In this document: one piece after another, positions 61,200 to 64,000 of the stretch | Layout of the letters: each line of letters begins with the position of its first letter | How positions within the stretch are numbered: the first letter of the stretch is position 1 | Assembly (NCBI GenBank): GCA_963850905.1 | Contig: CAWKMU010000003.1 | Span: forward strand, 3,589,248-3,653,247 | Length of the DNA stretch: 64,000 nucleotides | Direction: 5' to 3' | Source: an uncultured Gemmatimonadales bacterium | GTDB lineage: Bacteria; Gemmatimonadota; Gemmatimonadetes; Gemmatimonadales; Gemmatimonadaceae | Notes under the pieces: model-generated | What the model saw: only the letters and a program-made list of their open reading frames with translations | What the model was told of the DNA's origin: nothing | Database searches by the model: none | Program-made: the position numbers and the translations under genes

Positions 61200-62542
61200 A
61201 TGCCGGCGCTGCCAGAATCAATCAAACTTACGGCCGAAGGCGAGTCGCCCCCGTCCGACCCGCATCCGCCAGACACGCGTGTCGTCGGCACCAGCGCGGT
61301 CGCGCGCGCGCTCAGGGTCCTTGGGCCTGGACTTATTACGGGCGCAGCCGATGATGATCCCTCCGGAATCGCCACGTACTCGCAAGCGGGCGCATCCTTT
61401 GGCTACGGTCTCCTCTGGACGGCGCTCCTCACGTTTCCGCTTATCGTGGCCGTGCAGCTCATGTGTGCGCGCGTCGGCGAAGTCGCGGATCGCGGGCTGG
61501 CCAGTGTGCTGCGCAAACACTACCCGGCGTGGGTGCTATGGGTCGCGTGCGGTCTGCTCACCGTGGCCAATACCGTCAACATCGGCGCAGATCTCGGCGC
61601 AATGGCCGCCGGCGGCCACCTCATCACCGGCGTGCGGTCGATCTGGTTCCTTGCGCCGTTCGCGATCGCGATGCTCCTGGTGGTATCGTTCACGTCCAAC
61701 GCACAGGTCAGCGCGATCTTCAAGTGGCTGACACTCAGCTTGTTTGCGTACGTCGGCGCGGCGTTCCTCGCGCGGCCGGACTGGGGGACCGTGCTGCTCC
61801 GCACCGCGGTGCCACACGTGCAGCAGAGTCACGACTATGTGCTCACCGTCGTGGCGATTCTGGGCACGACGATCTCGCCGTACCTCTTCTTCTGGCAGGC
61901 CGCATCCTCCGCCGAAGAGCGGGATGCGCGAGGCCACGATCGGCGGCCGAGCGCCGCGCGCGGTGGAGCGAGAGCTACGGACCGTCCGAGCCGATGTCGT
62001 GGTGGGGATGTTCTTCTCCAACCTCATCATGTATTTCATCATTCTGACAGCTGGCGCGACGCTGCACGGGGTGCAGGCCAACATCGAGACGGCTGAGCAA
62101 GCAGCGGCAGCGCTACGCCCGCTGGCCGGACCGGCCGCGGAATTCCTCTTCGCTGCGGGGTTGATCGGTACGGGGTTGCTGGGCGTCCCGCTACTGGCTG
62201 GGTCCGCGGCGTATGCGCTCGCGGAGGCTGGTGCGTGGCGTCGCGGCATGGACAAGACGCCGCGAACGGCGGGACGGTTCTATGCGGTCTTCGCAGTTGC
62301 GCTCTTGATCGGTACGGTCATCGACCTCCTGGGAGTCAACCCCATCCCGGCTGCTGTTTTGGTCTGCAGTCATCAACGGCCTGCTCGCCCCACCGCTCAT
62401 CGTCATCATCCTCTTCGTCTGCAACAACGCCACCATCATGGGCCCGTATCAGAAGGGTCGAGCGATGAACGTCCTCGGCATTCTGGCGGCGGTCATCATG
62501 ACTGTCGCTGCCGTCGCACTGGTCGCGAGTTGGATCGTGTGA
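61200..62542 (+). CDS. NRAMP-related divalent metal transporter (frameshifts ~61935 and ~62345)
   Basis: LGPGLITGAADDDPSGIATYSQAGA, NIGADL, GTTISPYLFFWQA, GLIGTGLL, and LLFWSAVING. Confidence 0.88.
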
Positions 62543-63104
62543 GCCAAAGGATCGGGGCAGCTACCCGTCGGCACACCCGCATCATCCCACGGAGAAGGTG
62601 CACACTGTTTTTGCGGGCACAGGGGTCATGGTCCCAATCGTCGATCGTACGTGTCTCCCGGTTTGGCAATCGGCGCGACCACGGTCACTCCGTTCATCGC
62701 TGTCCTTGGGATGCCAACCTCGACCCGCGTCACCCTGCGGCCGTTCAGTACGAATGACCAACAGGACTGACCGACACGGCGCATCGGCTTAGCCCGCCCC
62801 AAACTCAATGCGGAGATAACTCTCAATGCCCCAGCGAAGCAGCGGTCACGGACCGCGCTTCGCCGCCCAGGCCCCATATCGTACAATCCAGGCTGCATCA
62901 ATGTCGACATGTCGTAGCGTACTATCAATGGCGGCGGAGCCCGCACGTCGCCGCCGCAGTCGGCCCGCAGCGTTTCGTCGCGGTGATACGCTCTGTTTCC
63001 TGAGGAGCGTGCCAACTCGTACACAACTGCAAATGCCGTGTGGTCTTTCCCCGGTTTCGTAGACACCTCAGTGAGCCCGATTATGTTCGGGCGGGAGGTG
63101 TCTC

Positions 63105-63407
63105 ATGGGACGAAGGCGACGGTCATTCACGGCGGAGTTCAAACTCGAGGCCGTGCGATTGGCGAACGAGTCGGGGCGGCCGCCGGGTGAGATTGCGCGA
63201 GATCTGGGCATTCGACCGGACATCCTGCGGCGCTGGCGCGCGCAGCTGGGCGAGTCAGTCCGACGGCCCGGTGTGGTGGCCACGAGTGGGAAGCTGCTGA
63301 CGCCGGAGGAGGAGATTCGCCGACTCCAACGTGAGAATGCGCTCCTGCGCGAGGAGCGCGAAATCCTAAAAAAAGCGACGGCCTTCTTCGCCAAGGATGC
63401 ACAATGA
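63105..63407 (+). CDS. IS3 transposase OrfA
   Basis: RRSFTAEFKLEAV..IARDLGI..LRRW..EEIRRLQREN..REILKKATAFFAK. Confidence 0.93.
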   Translation: MGRRRRSFTAEFKLEAVRLANESGRPPGEIARDLGIRPDILRRWRAQLGESVRRPGVVATSGKLLTPEEEIRRLQRENALLREEREILKKATAFFAKDAQ

Positions 63408-64000
63408 GGTTCGTGTTCATCCAAGCGCACGCCCGCATCTATCCATCACGACGATGTACCGGGTGCTCCAGGTGTCGAGGGCCGGTTACTACGCCTGGCG
63501 TGCGCGGCCGCTCTGTGAGCGCGTGAAAGACGACGTCGTCCTGCGGGAGCGGATTCGGCAGATCCACAAACAAGTCAAGGGCCGCTATGGCAGTCCACGC
63601 GTGCGGATGGAACTCCGGGCGCTCGGGATCCGGTGTGCGAAGAAGCGGGTCGCGCGCCTGATGCGGGTGGAAGGGCTGCGAGCCAAGAGTGCTCGGCGCT
63701 ATCGGGTGACAACCAACTCGGATCATGCCCAGCCGGTCGCGAGGAATGTGCTCGATCGGCAATTCTCGCTCACGAGCAATCCCGAGCCTGATCGGGTGTG
63801 GGCGGCTGATCTCACGTACATCCCGACACGGGAAGGCTGGCTCTATCTCGCGGTCATTCTCGACTTGGCCACGCGCCGGGTCGTCGGCTGGGCGCTGCGC
63901 GCGCGGCTCGATCAGGAGCTCGCGCTCAGTGCGCTCCGGATGGCGCTCACGCATCGGGGCGCCCGTGGCGGTCTGCATCATTCGGATCGCGGAGTGCAAC
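63404..64000 (+). CDS. IS3 transposase OrfB (DDE), partial, apparent indel ~63443
   Basis: RVLQVSRAGYYAW, YGSPRV, KRVARLMR, VWAADLTYIPTREGWLYLAVILDL, and HHSDRGVQ. Confidence 0.9.

Larger units (their letters stand above)
63041..64000 (+). mobile_element. IS3-family insertion sequence (left end; runs off the window)
   Basis: IRL-like TGGTCTTTCCCCGGTTTCGTAGACACC, orfA/orfB layout, and A7G slippery site at 63368-63375. Confidence 0.92.

Noticed and set aside
1..64000. CRISPR array, cas genes, rRNA or intact tRNA
   Set aside because: No regularly spaced repeats, cas motifs or complete RNA genes seen.

Overview
GC-rich bacterial DNA, probably Gemmatimonadota-like (inferred from gene context and the kinase/TolB-like/TPR protein). 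The assembly is error-prone: about 15 single-base frameshifts, including one in essential valS. 0-13.3 kb is housekeeping: valS, an Ig-like lipoprotein, selA, gmhB-like, purN, a tandem-domain M42 peptidase, purH and a DUF2723/TMEM260-like glycosyltransferase. 13.3-53.6 kb is accessory. It holds an RcnR-controlled heavy-metal RND efflux operon beside a His-rich microprotein; a 13-kb Asn/Gln/Asp deamidation cluster (secreted glutaminase and asparaginase, amidohydrolase, two porins, DASS transporter, aspartase, ThrE/YjjPB pair, cydAB) whose promoters share a GACCAAGGTC-like motif; a Ser/Thr kinase; an orphan AprA/AprB-like pair with an SSS symporter and a divergent SHMT-like enzyme; an NRAMP-like/MgtE-N module; and several oxidoreductases. 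53.8-64 kb is a mobile-element scar. It contains two half-tRNAs (5' half of tRNA-Ser(UGA), 3' half of tRNA-Ala(UGC)) with att-like repeats, a toxin-antitoxin-SecB-like chaperone (TAC) operon whose antitoxin has a ~100-aa tail ending in an SsrA-like degron, a divergent HEPN-like gene, an Xis-like HTH, gene remnants and an IS3-family element running off the window. All family assignments are from motif recognition by eye, not database searches.
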